Source: a virus
Length of the DNA: 42,228 bases
Strand: one strand, 5' to 3'
IMG/VR virus record: IMGVR_UViG_3300021438_000004
Location: 1-42,228 of that record
The notes under the pieces are model-generated. The model did not search any database and was not told where the DNA came from. It worked only from the letters and a program-made list of their open reading frames with translations. Both the position numbers and the translations under genes were made by a program. This document shows positions 13,301-22,314 of the stretch, one piece after another. Every line of letters begins with the position of its first letter. The first letter of the stretch is position 1.

Positions 13301-16104
13301 AAATGCAGATGCGTCAGTTCTTCTCTGGTCACAACAGCCTATTTAATAGCCCTCTAGCATTTATCTCAATGGTGATGGCTAATCCAGAGGCAAAGGGTCC
13401 AATGGGACAGTTTGCAAAGCGTGTTGGAAAGTATCAATACGATATAACTGGACAGGCATTTAAGACTACAGAGGCAGAAGAAGAACTATCTGCAGGTGTA
13501 ATTGGTTTCCGCAACCAAATGTCACGTCAGAACTCAACTGCAGATATGCGTTCTGGCAAGGGTATCAATACATTTAAGTACTATGATGTTATTGGTTCTG
13601 AGCATCCAGACTTCCTCAAGGGAGTTGCTTGGACAGTAAACCAGTTCTCATCAGATAAGTTCATGCCTGATGTAATCCGATTAATGGATTCTCCAGAGGC
13701 TGCACAGCGTAAGTATGTATCAGATTTGCTTAATACATATGATGAGCCTAACAACAAATTGCGTGAATTTGCACAGGGTATCTTTAACGGTAATAATGGA
13801 ATGCGTCGCCTGCTGCTGAACAATCCAGCAGAAGATGGTCCAGGTTTCGTCAAGGATAACATCAATGCTGAGAACCTATTCATCTACCTATTTGATGCAA
13901 AGCAGACTGATACAGTTATTGGTCAACTTAACATCCTCAAGGGACAAGGTGCTAAGGGAAATATCCTTCTAGACTTAATCCGTGATGGCGAAGCAGTAGT
14001 TGAGAAGAATGGTAAACTATTCAAACTCAAGACTCCATACCGTCAAAAGGGCACAACAGAGCAGATTAAGGTTCTTGAAAAAGAGTTTGTAGACAGAGTA
14101 GGCAAGTTATTTGACCCAGCCGAACTCAATGGTTCTGCAGTTCTTTTACAGGCTGAAAAGACAATTGGTAACCCTGTTAATACTCAGGTATCTAAGTCTA
14201 TTGACTGGTTCTTTGACCTTGCTACACGCATGGAAACTAAAATTAACTTTGGTCCTGAATATCAGATGTCTTATTGGGACTTTGCTGGTGGCTATGCAAG
14301 AATGCTTAAGACAGATGACCTATATCTAGCATTTAAGAATGCCAAGAAGTCACTTGCCCCTATAACAGCAAATGGTAAGCCAATTGGTCGTCGTCACCCA
14401 GCATTACGTGAGATTCAACGTGAGATTGAGCGTCGTCGTGCTATTCCAGACTATCAACATGTTGGTGGAGTAGACCTAAAGACTCTTGATGCTATGGCTG
14501 CAGAGAATGCAACTAAGTACGTCAAGGAGTTGTTCTATGATGCTGCTCGTCAGAAGCAGTGGGCTAACTCATGGCGTTTGGTAGCACCATTCGCACAAGC
14601 GCACTACAATACACTTGCAAAGTGGAGAGAATTAACATTTGCTAATCCTGCTCCTGCAGTTAAGTTTGCTAAGGCATATGATGCGCTAACTAAGCAGGGT
14701 TCAAACGTTCTTTATGACGTTACTGGAATGACATATGATGACTCACAAGGATTCTTATATCAGGATAATCCACAGGACCCAACATCTCCACGTAACTTTA
14801 AGATTCCTTTTGCTGGTTCAGTAATCGGTGCAATGGCTGGAAAGAACATCAATATGAAGGATGCTCTCCAAATTACATCTCCAGTACAGTCACTTAACCT
14901 AGCATTTGGTCAGGTTAACCCAGGATTGCCTGGTATTGGACCTGCTGCTCAGTTGCTATACGCTGCTAGTGGTAAGACAACTGCATTTGGTCCAGTTAAT
15001 GACATTGTACGTGACATTATTACACCATTTGGACCACCTAAGACAGCAACAGATTTTATCTTCCCAGCATGGTTGAAGAAGACAATTGCTTATCGTTTAG
15101 GTGATGAAACAACTGTACAGCGTGGTGTTAAGGACTGGGCATCATACCTAGCATCTAGTGGCGAGTATGGAGATAATCCATTAGCCAATGATGCTGAGCG
15201 TACACGTCTATTCCATGATGCAGAATCACTTTCTCGTGAAGTTGGATTCTTATCAGCACTATTCCAGAGCATCTCACCATCAACTCCATCTAATGAGATT
15301 CTTGCAAAGATTAAGACTCCTGAGAATAAGTTGAATTTCATGACTTTGACTATGCTTTATAAGTCTTGGGATGATATTGCACAGAAAAATCCTGGGGATT
15401 ATGGCAAGTCTGTCTATCAGTTTGCAGAGAAGTTTGGTGCTAGCAATCTATTAGTAGCACTTGGTGGTTCTACAAGTGGTGTTCGTGGCACAGCAGATGC
15501 ATGGACTTTCTTGAATAACAACCCAGCAGCGGCAGATAAGTATGCTCGTTCTCCTGGAGATGTGATTCCATACTTTTTCCCTGGTGGAGAGTACTCACTT
15601 AAGTATTACAATTGGCAGAAGTCATCTGGCGCACGTCGTCAGTTGTCATCTACTGAACTTGCTAATGAGGCAGAGGGCATGGTTTATGCAATGCTCAAGA
15701 GCCAGATTGCAGATGAGCAGATAGCAAATGGCTACGGAAGCATGTGGTATACCGAGCAAATTGCTAAGTTAGATGCTCAATTCGGTGGTGCTAAGCCAGC
15801 AGAAACTATTACAACTGGTGCTGCAGGTGAGCGTATTGCTGCTGTTGCTAATGCTCTACAAGACCCAGTGATGACTCAATCTCCTGTTTACAAGCAGGTT
15901 GCAGAGTTCTATCCAAAGTACAAGGAATTCCAAAACCTACTTAACAAGGTCAAGGTTTCTAATTATGCAGAGTTATCATCAAAGGGTGGAATGCCTACAT
16001 TGATGCGCAATGAACTTGTTGCATTAGCAGAACAACTAATGATGGAAAATCCAGCATTTACACGTATGTATTATGGCGTGTTCGCTGGTCAATTGGAAGG
16101 TTAA
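10312..16104 (+). CDS. Giant virion-associated protein, 1930 aa (function unknown)
   Basis: Uninterrupted 5.8-kb ORF with a GTG start overlapping the previous stop. Ala/Lys-rich and helical-looking. No catalytic motif recognised by eye. Confidence 0.85.
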   Translation: MADKKTNIYQVAYGNQASQMQRLVNLEIGALTPDKMGNFSAIVAKYPTISKDLVMAMVKQGLTADTPGLGKIVSLDGITQLKNDTMNVDKIKSSVKADRGIVGQIGDAFSNLVYDPFKGVTRIGFAALRLPYDMATVGIRNLSAGGNAITDAKNAIKATTLGSLVASGNQGTGAGFFVSPESKVGKDQAKAMAAYGKIAGESFTIGRWAAQSLAASPDKTAYKIASGLLDATLNIALDPSVWVGPGSVGKIIAQGKKATALKEAIAPLSKSGQEALQAEKIAGIQQETKAAKDEAAKLWAKQYKRINNDYLKTSKEVAELETQKNKIMGNTVKKLLNTEKDLYAWQGVDKNAEKVLSPDNLSQWLVTHPKTQTGELTKAIDTLSADMKNTGGFFDGYLIMDEVPKAGNISVGAHYLDEYAVTVKGTDDFNLLDMAKDFKGASKEEITVEAANRAKLLDKIKAFAEDAKDVPAMQVFQEFSTALQRREASLEGFLGSLYRAGDDLVQAQPLGKLIGELAVYKSPAAMEKIAQAVQDIWKVDGFSNIRSIYGATGGVVITNTKRLAAVRAEIANAAAEIADPTNLGPNVAKLLESIKPTEDSLVARQNELDDIVNKQLQLEDHEAYVKSLRELANKDPEILREVASDPQYKGLKKIINLEADIAEKNALREMLASQVGITDNFAGNLDPDVAQKAMKFMLGRNFERIAEVVANVTDEVTLRRFFGRKLDDEMIVSLTAAKTADEVTNVFLNHLGAETTDVRNIKKSLSMGLRVAASPLAKTVDPVNLRAVQYAMNIDKAFNRFYVRGTMLNLGDLTSLNNGFEDWATSTAFGKVIGKKNQERIVEETQRAIFRATTNQERGAAIANGVDAMVAEAAKALNLSADDIKLLQNATKINGKEESIHSEYHLSKILGNDGAGIVNANQELIPMEKAILENQLLKDVVNLPDSRAVSRSLIKMNANMIYGTRNAVRVAAEELGDHWRTAQLVFRFSYIFRNIAEMQMRQFFSGHNSLFNSPLAFISMVMANPEAKGPMGQFAKRVGKYQYDITGQAFKTTEAEEELSAGVIGFRNQMSRQNSTADMRSGKGINTFKYYDVIGSEHPDFLKGVAWTVNQFSSDKFMPDVIRLMDSPEAAQRKYVSDLLNTYDEPNNKLREFAQGIFNGNNGMRRLLLNNPAEDGPGFVKDNINAENLFIYLFDAKQTDTVIGQLNILKGQGAKGNILLDLIRDGEAVVEKNGKLFKLKTPYRQKGTTEQIKVLEKEFVDRVGKLFDPAELNGSAVLLQAEKTIGNPVNTQVSKSIDWFFDLATRMETKINFGPEYQMSYWDFAGGYARMLKTDDLYLAFKNAKKSLAPITANGKPIGRRHPALREIQREIERRRAIPDYQHVGGVDLKTLDAMAAENATKYVKELFYDAARQKQWANSWRLVAPFAQAHYNTLAKWRELTFANPAPAVKFAKAYDALTKQGSNVLYDVTGMTYDDSQGFLYQDNPQDPTSPRNFKIPFAGSVIGAMAGKNINMKDALQITSPVQSLNLAFGQVNPGLPGIGPAAQLLYAASGKTTAFGPVNDIVRDIITPFGPPKTATDFIFPAWLKKTIAYRLGDETTVQRGVKDWASYLASSGEYGDNPLANDAERTRLFHDAESLSREVGFLSALFQSISPSTPSNEILAKIKTPENKLNFMTLTMLYKSWDDIAQKNPGDYGKSVYQFAEKFGASNLLVALGGSTSGVRGTADAWTFLNNNPAAADKYARSPGDVIPYFFPGGEYSLKYYNWQKSSGARRQLSSTELANEAEGMVYAMLKSQIADEQIANGYGSMWYTEQIAKLDAQFGGAKPAETITTGAAGERIAAVANALQDPVMTQSPVYKQVAEFYPKYKEFQNLLNKVKVSNYAELSSKGGMPTLMRNELVALAEQLMMENPAFTRMYYGVFAGQLEG

Positions 16105-16105
16105 A

Positions 16106-17461
16106 ATGGCAGAGACAAAGATACCATACGCAACTGGTTTCACTACACCATCTGTGAACAAAGCGTACTCAAGCATGACCTCAATGGTCTCTCAGGTACC
16201 TTCCAATATGTACTCATCTACAAACCCATGGATTTCATACGCATCAGCAACTGATACAACTGCTCGTGCTTTGATGCTACAAGACATTCGTCGTAGCATG
16301 AGCGTTGAAGGCAGTGGTCCTGGTGGTAAGGGTACACAGTATGAATATCTACAGGCTTTGCTTCGTGCTACAGGATTTTCAAAAGACAAGACTCCACTAG
16401 GATTTGTTGGACCAACAGAACAAGCAGCACTTGAAAAGGTAGTTGCTTTATCTGTAGCCAATAACATGGAGCCTGTTTCATACCTTGAACTACTTAGAAA
16501 GTATGGCGTTGGTGGTACTACTGTCAAACAACCAGATACTACTACTAAGTACAACAAGCAGGTAAGCACAGCACTACAACTTAAGGATGTTGGCGATGCA
16601 GTTGCTGATTTCACAGCAGCCCAATTTGCCGCTTTTGGCCAGAATCCAACAACTGATGCTATCAATGCATTCAGGAATGCTTGGAACGCAGAAGTAAAGA
16701 GCCAGACACCTACTACAACAACTAATACTGTCACATCATATGCTCCTATTTATGACAAGACAAGCAAGCCAGTTATTGACCCTAAGACTAAGAAGCAAAA
16801 GGTTGATAGTTTTGGAAACCTAGTCTACTCAAAGCAGAAGACAGATAAGTCTGGTGTCTTGCAGTACCAGACAATTAACAAGACTTCTACAACTACAACT
16901 GGTGAGGGTTTCACAGAGGCTGAGCAACAGGGATTCCTTGCAAGTTATCTAGTGAGCAACTTCCCAACATCAGACTTCAATGTCGACAATATTGGTGGTG
17001 CTGCAAAGGTTATCTATGATGACTTGGTTTCTACCTATAAGAAGAACTTTATTACACCTCCAGATTTTGCAACACTAGCACCTACTATCAAGTCTGTTTT
17101 ATCTAGCGCAGATGCTAATACACAAAGCCAGATTATTTCAAAGTACAAGGCTGATGTACGCAAGCAATCAGCGTTGAAGTACATGGGTATTGCTGACCTA
17201 GTTAATGCTGGTGAGGATGCTGACAAGTATGTCACTCCATTACGCCAAGCACTATCAAATGCTTTAGAAACAGATGTCACATTAGATGACGGCCTCATGA
17301 AGAAGGCACTTAACTTTAAGGGTGATGACGGGAAATATCGTATGCCAAATGACTGGGAGATTAGCCAGTTAGTTATGAATGACCCACGTCGCGCCTATAC
17401 ATCACAGGCAAAGAACGAAGCAGTAAACATCTTCCAATCTCTTACAAGTAAGTTGGGCTAA
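16106..17461 (+). CDS. Virion-arm protein, 451 aa
   Basis: ATG 16106 with GGAAGG 5 nt upstream. The track start 16073 overlaps the giant ORF. Confidence 0.8.
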   Translation: MAETKIPYATGFTTPSVNKAYSSMTSMVSQVPSNMYSSTNPWISYASATDTTARALMLQDIRRSMSVEGSGPGGKGTQYEYLQALLRATGFSKDKTPLGFVGPTEQAALEKVVALSVANNMEPVSYLELLRKYGVGGTTVKQPDTTTKYNKQVSTALQLKDVGDAVADFTAAQFAAFGQNPTTDAINAFRNAWNAEVKSQTPTTTTNTVTSYAPIYDKTSKPVIDPKTKKQKVDSFGNLVYSKQKTDKSGVLQYQTINKTSTTTTGEGFTEAEQQGFLASYLVSNFPTSDFNVDNIGGAAKVIYDDLVSTYKKNFITPPDFATLAPTIKSVLSSADANTQSQIISKYKADVRKQSALKYMGIADLVNAGEDADKYVTPLRQALSNALETDVTLDDGLMKKALNFKGDDGKYRMPNDWEISQLVMNDPRRAYTSQAKNEAVNIFQSLTSKLG

Positions 17462-17466
17462 GACAT

Positions 17467-19110
17467 ATGGCAAAGTATCTAGACGACGGTGGCAGTGCTC
17501 CACTACCAACAACACCTGCAAAGATTGACCCTGAAATCCAGACAATCATTGATAAGATTGCAAGCACTGCTCCTACAATTACAGATAATATTACAGTAAT
17601 TGAAGATACACCTTACTCAAGTTTAACACTTGCTGAGCGCCAAGCAATGTCACAAGAAGAAAAACTTGCTGCTATCAAGGCAGAACGTGAAGCACGTATG
17701 GCTAATGCTGCAGCAGAACGTGCTGCAAGTGACCCTAAGTATGACATCATGAATCGTCCTGATGCTCCTCCTTCTGATAGTGAGTATATCTACTACTATG
17801 GCTGGATTGGTGGCGTAGGAAGCGGTGAGTGGAAACTTTATCGTGCTCCTAATACAGAATCAAACCAAGTATCATATGGTTCTCGTTCAATTGGTGGAGT
17901 AACTCAGGCTAGTTTTTCAAGCACATCAGGTGCTAATGCACTTGTAGTACAGCCAAAACCTATTAGAGATGCTGATGGAAATATTGTTGGTTGGGACCAG
18001 ACTGGTTCTGGTAACACTCTTAATGGTGGTATTGGTGGCAATGGCAATGCTGGCGGAGTCAATGGTGGCAATGGTGGCAATGGTGGCAGCGGTGGTAATG
18101 GTGGAAACACTGGTGGAAATGGTAATGGAGTAACTGGAACAACTGGTACAACTGGAACTGGTGCTCCTTCTACTAATATCTCAATCCTTAAGGCGCTACT
18201 TGTTGGTCAGGGTTTCAACTCAAAAATTATTGATGCTTCTGTAAACTACCTAGACCAGTTGTTAAAAGATGGTCTTGACTATGATAACGCAACAGAAATC
18301 TTTCTTCATTCAAAAGAATACACTCTTAAGAATGGAACAAAACTTACATCTCCATTCTATACAGAGTATGGCTATCTTAACGAGGGGCTTGTAAATCCTA
18401 AGAAGCCAGATGAACTTTACAATGCTGTTGAGGGATACAAGGGTGTTGTAGATAAGTACTCTTTGAGTACCAAGTATTTAACACAGGATGCACTTAAGTC
18501 ATATGTCAAGAACAATGTGACAGTTGCAGACCTTGATGAGCGTGCAAATACTGCTCGTTTGAAGGCACTTAATGCTGACCCATCTCAGGTTACAGCAATG
18601 ATTAAACTAGGATTTATTGGTTCTGCTGCTGACCTTACAGACTTCTATCTTGACCCTAAGATTGGCAAGGAGCAGTTAGAACTTAATAAGAATACTGGAG
18701 CATTTGTAGCAGAGGCTATTCGCCGTGCTCAGTCTGGTATTGGTTCATCTGCTGCAGACCTAGAGCGTTATAAGAAAATAACTGCTGGTCTGACTGCTAA
18801 GGACCTTACAGAAGCACAAATTGCTCAACTTGCTGGAGAAGGATTCCAGACAATTGGTGAGCAGTTGCTTCCTACAACCACACTATCTCAGATTTATGAG
18901 AAGACTGGCGGAACAGCAGAATCTAATGCTGCTCTACAGACTCAGATTCAATCAGAACTTGAGAATGAACAGTATCTCAATCTTGCATCAGAACGCCGTA
19001 AGAAACTGGCAGCACAGAACGCTGCTGCGTTCCAAGGAAGTTCTGGACTCTATAGTCGTTATGGAGTAGCAACTTCACTCACAGGACCTGGTACATCAGG
19101 CCTCATTTAA
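17467..19110 (+). CDS. Virion-arm protein with Gly/Asn-rich linker, 547 aa
   Basis: Long ORF with a central GGIGGNGNAGGVNGGNGGNGGSGGNGGNTGGNGNG low-complexity segment. Confidence 0.8.
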   Translation: MAKYLDDGGSAPLPTTPAKIDPEIQTIIDKIASTAPTITDNITVIEDTPYSSLTLAERQAMSQEEKLAAIKAEREARMANAAAERAASDPKYDIMNRPDAPPSDSEYIYYYGWIGGVGSGEWKLYRAPNTESNQVSYGSRSIGGVTQASFSSTSGANALVVQPKPIRDADGNIVGWDQTGSGNTLNGGIGGNGNAGGVNGGNGGNGGSGGNGGNTGGNGNGVTGTTGTTGTGAPSTNISILKALLVGQGFNSKIIDASVNYLDQLLKDGLDYDNATEIFLHSKEYTLKNGTKLTSPFYTEYGYLNEGLVNPKKPDELYNAVEGYKGVVDKYSLSTKYLTQDALKSYVKNNVTVADLDERANTARLKALNADPSQVTAMIKLGFIGSAADLTDFYLDPKIGKEQLELNKNTGAFVAEAIRRAQSGIGSSAADLERYKKITAGLTAKDLTEAQIAQLAGEGFQTIGEQLLPTTTLSQIYEKTGGTAESNAALQTQIQSELENEQYLNLASERRKKLAAQNAAAFQGSSGLYSRYGVATSLTGPGTSGLI

Positions 19111-19228
19111 GAATCCCCACCTGGACCAATCGGCCCCAGGGGGCGTAATAGACCGATAGTACAAGCCAATGCAGATACCCCGTCTGAATTGAGGTGTGCG
19201 ACAACTACTAATAAGGGAGAAAAATCGC

Positions 19229-19708
19229 ATGAGCGATAACCGCGACAACTACTGGGCAGATGACGAAGACGATGAAGAAACAAGTGCACCTGCATTTGAA
19301 TCAGATTCAGACCTTGTTAAGCGACTACGTAAGCAACTAAAGGCTGAGCAGCGCAGAAATAAGGAACTTGAGACATCATATGGTGAACTCACCAAAGCCC
19401 AAAAAGAGCGGATTCTAAAGGATGTTCTTTCATCCAAGGGTGTCAATCAAAAGATTGCACAATTTATTCCATCTGATATCGAGGCATCTGAAGATGCTAT
19501 TAGTAACTGGCTAGATGCAAATGGTGATGTATTCGGATACACACCAGCACCTAAGCCAGCAGTAAATCAAAGTGATATTGCTGCTATGCAGAAGATGGAT
19601 TCAGTGCTAACTGGAGCAGAGACACCTGCTGCTTCTGATGACTTTGCAAATCGCATTGCGAATGCAGGTTCTGAGGAAGAAATCTTATCCATTCTCAGCG
19701 GTCAGTAA
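19229..19708 (+). CDS. Scaffolding protein (by position and composition), 159 aa
   Basis: ATG 19229 with AAGGGAG upstream. Acidic N-terminus (DDEDDEE) and coiled-coil-like KRLRKQLKAEQRRNKELE. Lies directly upstream of the capsid gene. Confidence 0.65.
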   Translation: MSDNRDNYWADDEDDEETSAPAFESDSDLVKRLRKQLKAEQRRNKELETSYGELTKAQKERILKDVLSSKGVNQKIAQFIPSDIEASEDAISNWLDANGDVFGYTPAPKPAVNQSDIAAMQKMDSVLTGAETPAASDDFANRIANAGSEEEILSILSGQ

Positions 19709-19743
19709 AAACCGCACACTAACCAGAAGGGAGATATCTCCAA

Positions 19744-20718
19744 ATGGCAGATGTCTTTTCAACCACAACCTCTGGTGTTGGTTCCAATCTCGTAACAATG
19801 GCGTACGACAAGTTGGTCGAACTCAACTTGCGTACAACACCTCAGTTCCGTGCAATCGCGGACAAGAAGGTCGGAAACCCAACACACGATGGTTCATCAA
19901 TCCGCTTCCAATTCTTCAATGATATTGCGGATACAACAATCGCTGGCGCAACTCTCGCAGAGACAGTTGACCCAGATGCAGTAGCAATCCCAGCAACAAC
20001 AACACTAGACGTTTCACAGTTGGAACTAGGTCGCGTTGTACTTCCAACACGTAAGTTGTCACTAATGTCACTTACAGATGTTGACCCATGGATTGCTAAC
20101 GCAGTTGCATTCAACATGGCACTAACACTAGATGCTGGTGTTGCTGCTGTTCTAGATGCAGGAACAAACGTCATTCGTGAGTCTGCTGGCTCACTATCAA
20201 CAACTGCTGCAAAGACAACTATCGCAACAACAGACCTTCTAAAGTCTCGTGATATCCGTTACGCAGTAACAAAGATGCGTGCGAACAACGTTGTGCCAAA
20301 GGCAGGCGGAATGTTCGTAGCATACGTACACCCAGAAGTATCTGCGGACCTCCGCACAGAAACTGGAAACAACGTATGGCGTACACCAACAGATTACGTA
20401 GACCCATCACGTAACTACGCTGGTGAAATCGGCACATGGGAAGGTGTTCGTTTCATTGAGACACCTAACATGACTAACTCACAGTCAGGTTCAGGCACAG
20501 GCGGAACTCAGACTCGCGTCTACAACTCATACGTAATGGGTTCACAGGCACTTGCTGAGGCTGTCTGGAAGGAGCCTAAGATTGAGTTCGGTAACGTAGT
20601 AGACAAGTTGAACCGTTTCCGTCCAGTTGGCTGGCACGGTATTCTTAACTGGGCTATCTACCGCCAGGCTGCATTGTACCGCATCGAGACATCCTCTTCA
20701 GGACGTCCACAGGCTTAA
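19744..20718 (+). CDS. Major capsid protein (HK97-fold type by size and position), 324 aa
   Basis: GGGAG SD. Follows the scaffold gene and is followed by a stable hairpin. Length and composition are typical for this class. Confidence 0.8.
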   Translation: MADVFSTTTSGVGSNLVTMAYDKLVELNLRTTPQFRAIADKKVGNPTHDGSSIRFQFFNDIADTTIAGATLAETVDPDAVAIPATTTLDVSQLELGRVVLPTRKLSLMSLTDVDPWIANAVAFNMALTLDAGVAAVLDAGTNVIRESAGSLSTTAAKTTIATTDLLKSRDIRYAVTKMRANNVVPKAGGMFVAYVHPEVSADLRTETGNNVWRTPTDYVDPSRNYAGEIGTWEGVRFIETPNMTNSQSGSGTGGTQTRVYNSYVMGSQALAEAVWKEPKIEFGNVVDKLNRFRPVGWHGILNWAIYRQAALYRIETSSSGRPQA

Positions 20719-20736
20719 TCAAGCAGTTAGACGGGT

Positions 20737-20770
20737 GGGCAGGGTATACATTCGAAAAAGTACCCTGCTC
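20737..20770 (+). terminator. Hairpin after the capsid gene (possible attenuator or partial terminator)
   Basis: GGGCAGGGTA (20737-20746) pairs with TACCCTGCTC (20761-20770) around a 14-nt loop. No clear U-tract. Confidence 0.35.
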
Positions 20771-20796
20771 ATCAGTAAAACTACTTAGGAGGCAAT

Positions 20797-21048
20797 ATGG
20801 CTTACAGATTCACGACACCCACCATCAGTGAAGGACCTGCTGGTGAAGGGCGTCTATTCGAGCGTTTCCGCCTCGTAAGAGGGGTTACAGTGCTCAAGAT
20901 AGACGGAGAGTATTACGAACTTCGATACCCTTCTAGCGAAGAGGTAGAGAGTGCTGAGCAAGCCTACATTGGGGGTTACTCCTATGAGGTAAGTGCAGCA
21001 GAAAAGGCTGACCTAGAAGCAGCAGGCTATACAGTGGAGACGGTATGA
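20797..21048 (+). CDS. Hypothetical virion-arm protein, 83 aa
   Basis: AGGAGG SD. ATGA overlap with the next gene. Confidence 0.7.
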   Translation: MAYRFTTPTISEGPAGEGRLFERFRLVRGVTVLKIDGEYYELRYPSSEEVESAEQAYIGGYSYEVSAAEKADLEAAGYTVETV

Positions 21049-21359
21049 AACATAGAGAGAACCACCCTACAGATGTTGAGGGTTGCTTTGGATGCAAGGT
21101 TTTAGGACTCCAGATGAGTCCAGGAGATGCTTCATCTCAGAAAGCAATGAGCAACAAAAGGTGGGACGGAGAGTTGGACGCCTATCGACAAGCACGTGCC
21201 GATGGGATTCAACCAGCAGGAACAAGCATGGAAAAGATACAAGAAGCAAGACGAGCATCAGAGGCTATGGGCAAGGCTTACGATTCGAATACCATGCCCA
21301 ACACAAACTTAATCCAAAACAACACAGTATCTAAACTAAAGGAAGTAGGGCTGGTCTAA
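21045..21359 (+). CDS. Hypothetical protein, 104 aa
   Basis: ATGA start overlap and TAATG stop overlap with its neighbours. Confidence 0.7.
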   Translation: MKHRENHPTDVEGCFGCKVLGLQMSPGDASSQKAMSNKRWDGELDAYRQARADGIQPAGTSMEKIQEARRASEAMGKAYDSNTMPNTNLIQNNTVSKLKEVGLV

Positions 21360-21505
21360 TGTCAGTTAAAGGCGAAAAGTACGCATCTAAGAAAGCAATG
21401 ATGAAGCACGAGAAGACAGAACCAATGTCTGCTCGCATGAAGGAATATGGCAAGAAGAAGGTCGTTAAGAAAGCCGCTATGAAGAAGATGGGTAAGAAGA
21501 AGTAA
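21359..21505 (+). CDS. Lys-rich micro-protein, 48 aa (MSVKGEKYASKKAMMKHEK...KKMGKKK)
   Basis: Hand-translated, below track cutoff. TAATG overlap with the upstream gene. Confidence 0.55.
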   Translation: MSVKGEKYASKKAMMKHEKTEPMSARMKEYGKKKVVKKAAMKKMGKKK

Positions 21506-21507
21506 TC

Positions 21508-21726
21508 ATGGCAAAGAAAGTTTCATACTTAGATAACTTAGCAAAGGAAGTTAAGCAGACAGCAACAGCATGGCAGAAGTCATGGGATTCATCTGCTGAT
21601 GTGACTCCAGGTGCTAATGAGCGTGCTCGTAAAGCACGCAAGACTTACGACAATCAAAAGGGTCAATTGCTAGGTGCGCTTGTACAAGGTCGCCGTTATG
21701 GTAAGGGTGGACGTCAGGTACCATGA
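21508..21726 (+). CDS. Basic small protein, 72 aa
   Basis: Track ORF. Starts 2 nt after the previous stop. ATGA overlap downstream. Confidence 0.65.
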   Translation: MAKKVSYLDNLAKEVKQTATAWQKSWDSSADVTPGANERARKARKTYDNQKGQLLGALVQGRRYGKGGRQVP

Positions 21727-21887
21727 AAAAGACAAAGACTCAGAAGGTTATGCACGAGTTCAAGACAGGAACACTTCACTCTGGTAAGGGTGGAAAGATT
21801 GTCAAGTCTCGTAAGCAGGCAATTGCTATTGCACTATCAGAGGCTGGAAAGTCTAAGCCAAAGAAGATGGCAAAGAAGAAGAAATGA
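21723..21887 (+). CDS. Lys-rich micro-protein, 54 aa, with conserved-looking core VMHEFKTGTLHSGKGGKIVKSRKQAIAIALSEAG
   Basis: Hand-translated, with ATGA overlaps at both ends. From memory the core resembles a widespread small bacterial/phage family (DUF6496-like); needs an HMM check. Confidence 0.6.
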   Translation: MKKTKTQKVMHEFKTGTLHSGKGGKIVKSRKQAIAIALSEAGKSKPKKMAKKKK

Positions 21888-22039
21888 AAAAGAAAGCGTT
21901 TTGGGATAAACCAAATCCTAAGAAGAAGTCAACACCCTTAACGCCAGCACAGAAGGCTAGGGCTAAGGCACGTGCTAAGTCAGCAGGTCGCCCTTATCCA
22001 AATCTAGTTGATAATGCAGCAGTAAGGAAAAAGAAATGA
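21884..22039 (+). CDS. Lys-rich micro-protein, 51 aa (MKKKAFWDKPNPKKKSTPLTPAQKARAKARAKSAGRPYPNLVDN...)
   Basis: Hand-translated, with ATGA overlaps at both ends. Confidence 0.55.
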   Translation: MKKKAFWDKPNPKKKSTPLTPAQKARAKARAKSAGRPYPNLVDNAAVRKKK

Positions 22040-22314
22040 AAGACTCACGTTTAACACGGGCTGGAGTAGCAGGCTATAACAAGCCTAAGCGTACTCCTAG
22101 CCACCCTACTAAGTCACACGTTGTTGTGGCTAAGGTAGGTAGCCAGGTTAAGACCATCCGCTTTGGACAGCAAGGCGTTTCTGGCTCACCTAAAAAAGCA
22201 GGAGAATCTGCTGCCTATGCAGCACGACGTAAGTCTTTCAAAGCAAGACATGCAAAGAATATCGCTAAAGGAAAAATGAGTGCCGCATATTGGGCAGATA
22301 AGGTGAAATGGTAA
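22036..22314 (+). CDS. Basic protein, 92 aa (..KPKRTPSHPTKSHVVVAK..IRFGQQG..RRKSFKARHAKNIAKGKMSAAYWADKVKW)
   Basis: Track ORF with an ATGA start overlap. The motif string looks like a recurrent phage or large-virus small-protein family; recalled, not verified. Confidence 0.7.
   Translation: MKDSRLTRAGVAGYNKPKRTPSHPTKSHVVVAKVGSQVKTIRFGQQGVSGSPKKAGESAAYAARRKSFKARHAKNIAKGKMSAAYWADKVKW

Noticed and set aside
6043-17298. Antisense or nested ORFs inside terL, portal, the giant ORF and the 451-aa ORF (for example 6332-6709, 8492-8920, 12714-12986, 16192-16734)
   Set aside because: They are nested within long, SD-preceded sense ORFs of a unidirectional operon. They have no SDs and their composition is typical of antisense frames.
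17990-18130. In-frame ggtggcaat-type tandem repeats encoding (GGN)n in the 547-aa protein, considered as a contingency or phase-variable locus
   Set aside because: The repeat units are imperfect and in multiples of three, so slippage would only change linker length. There is no evidence of on/off switching.
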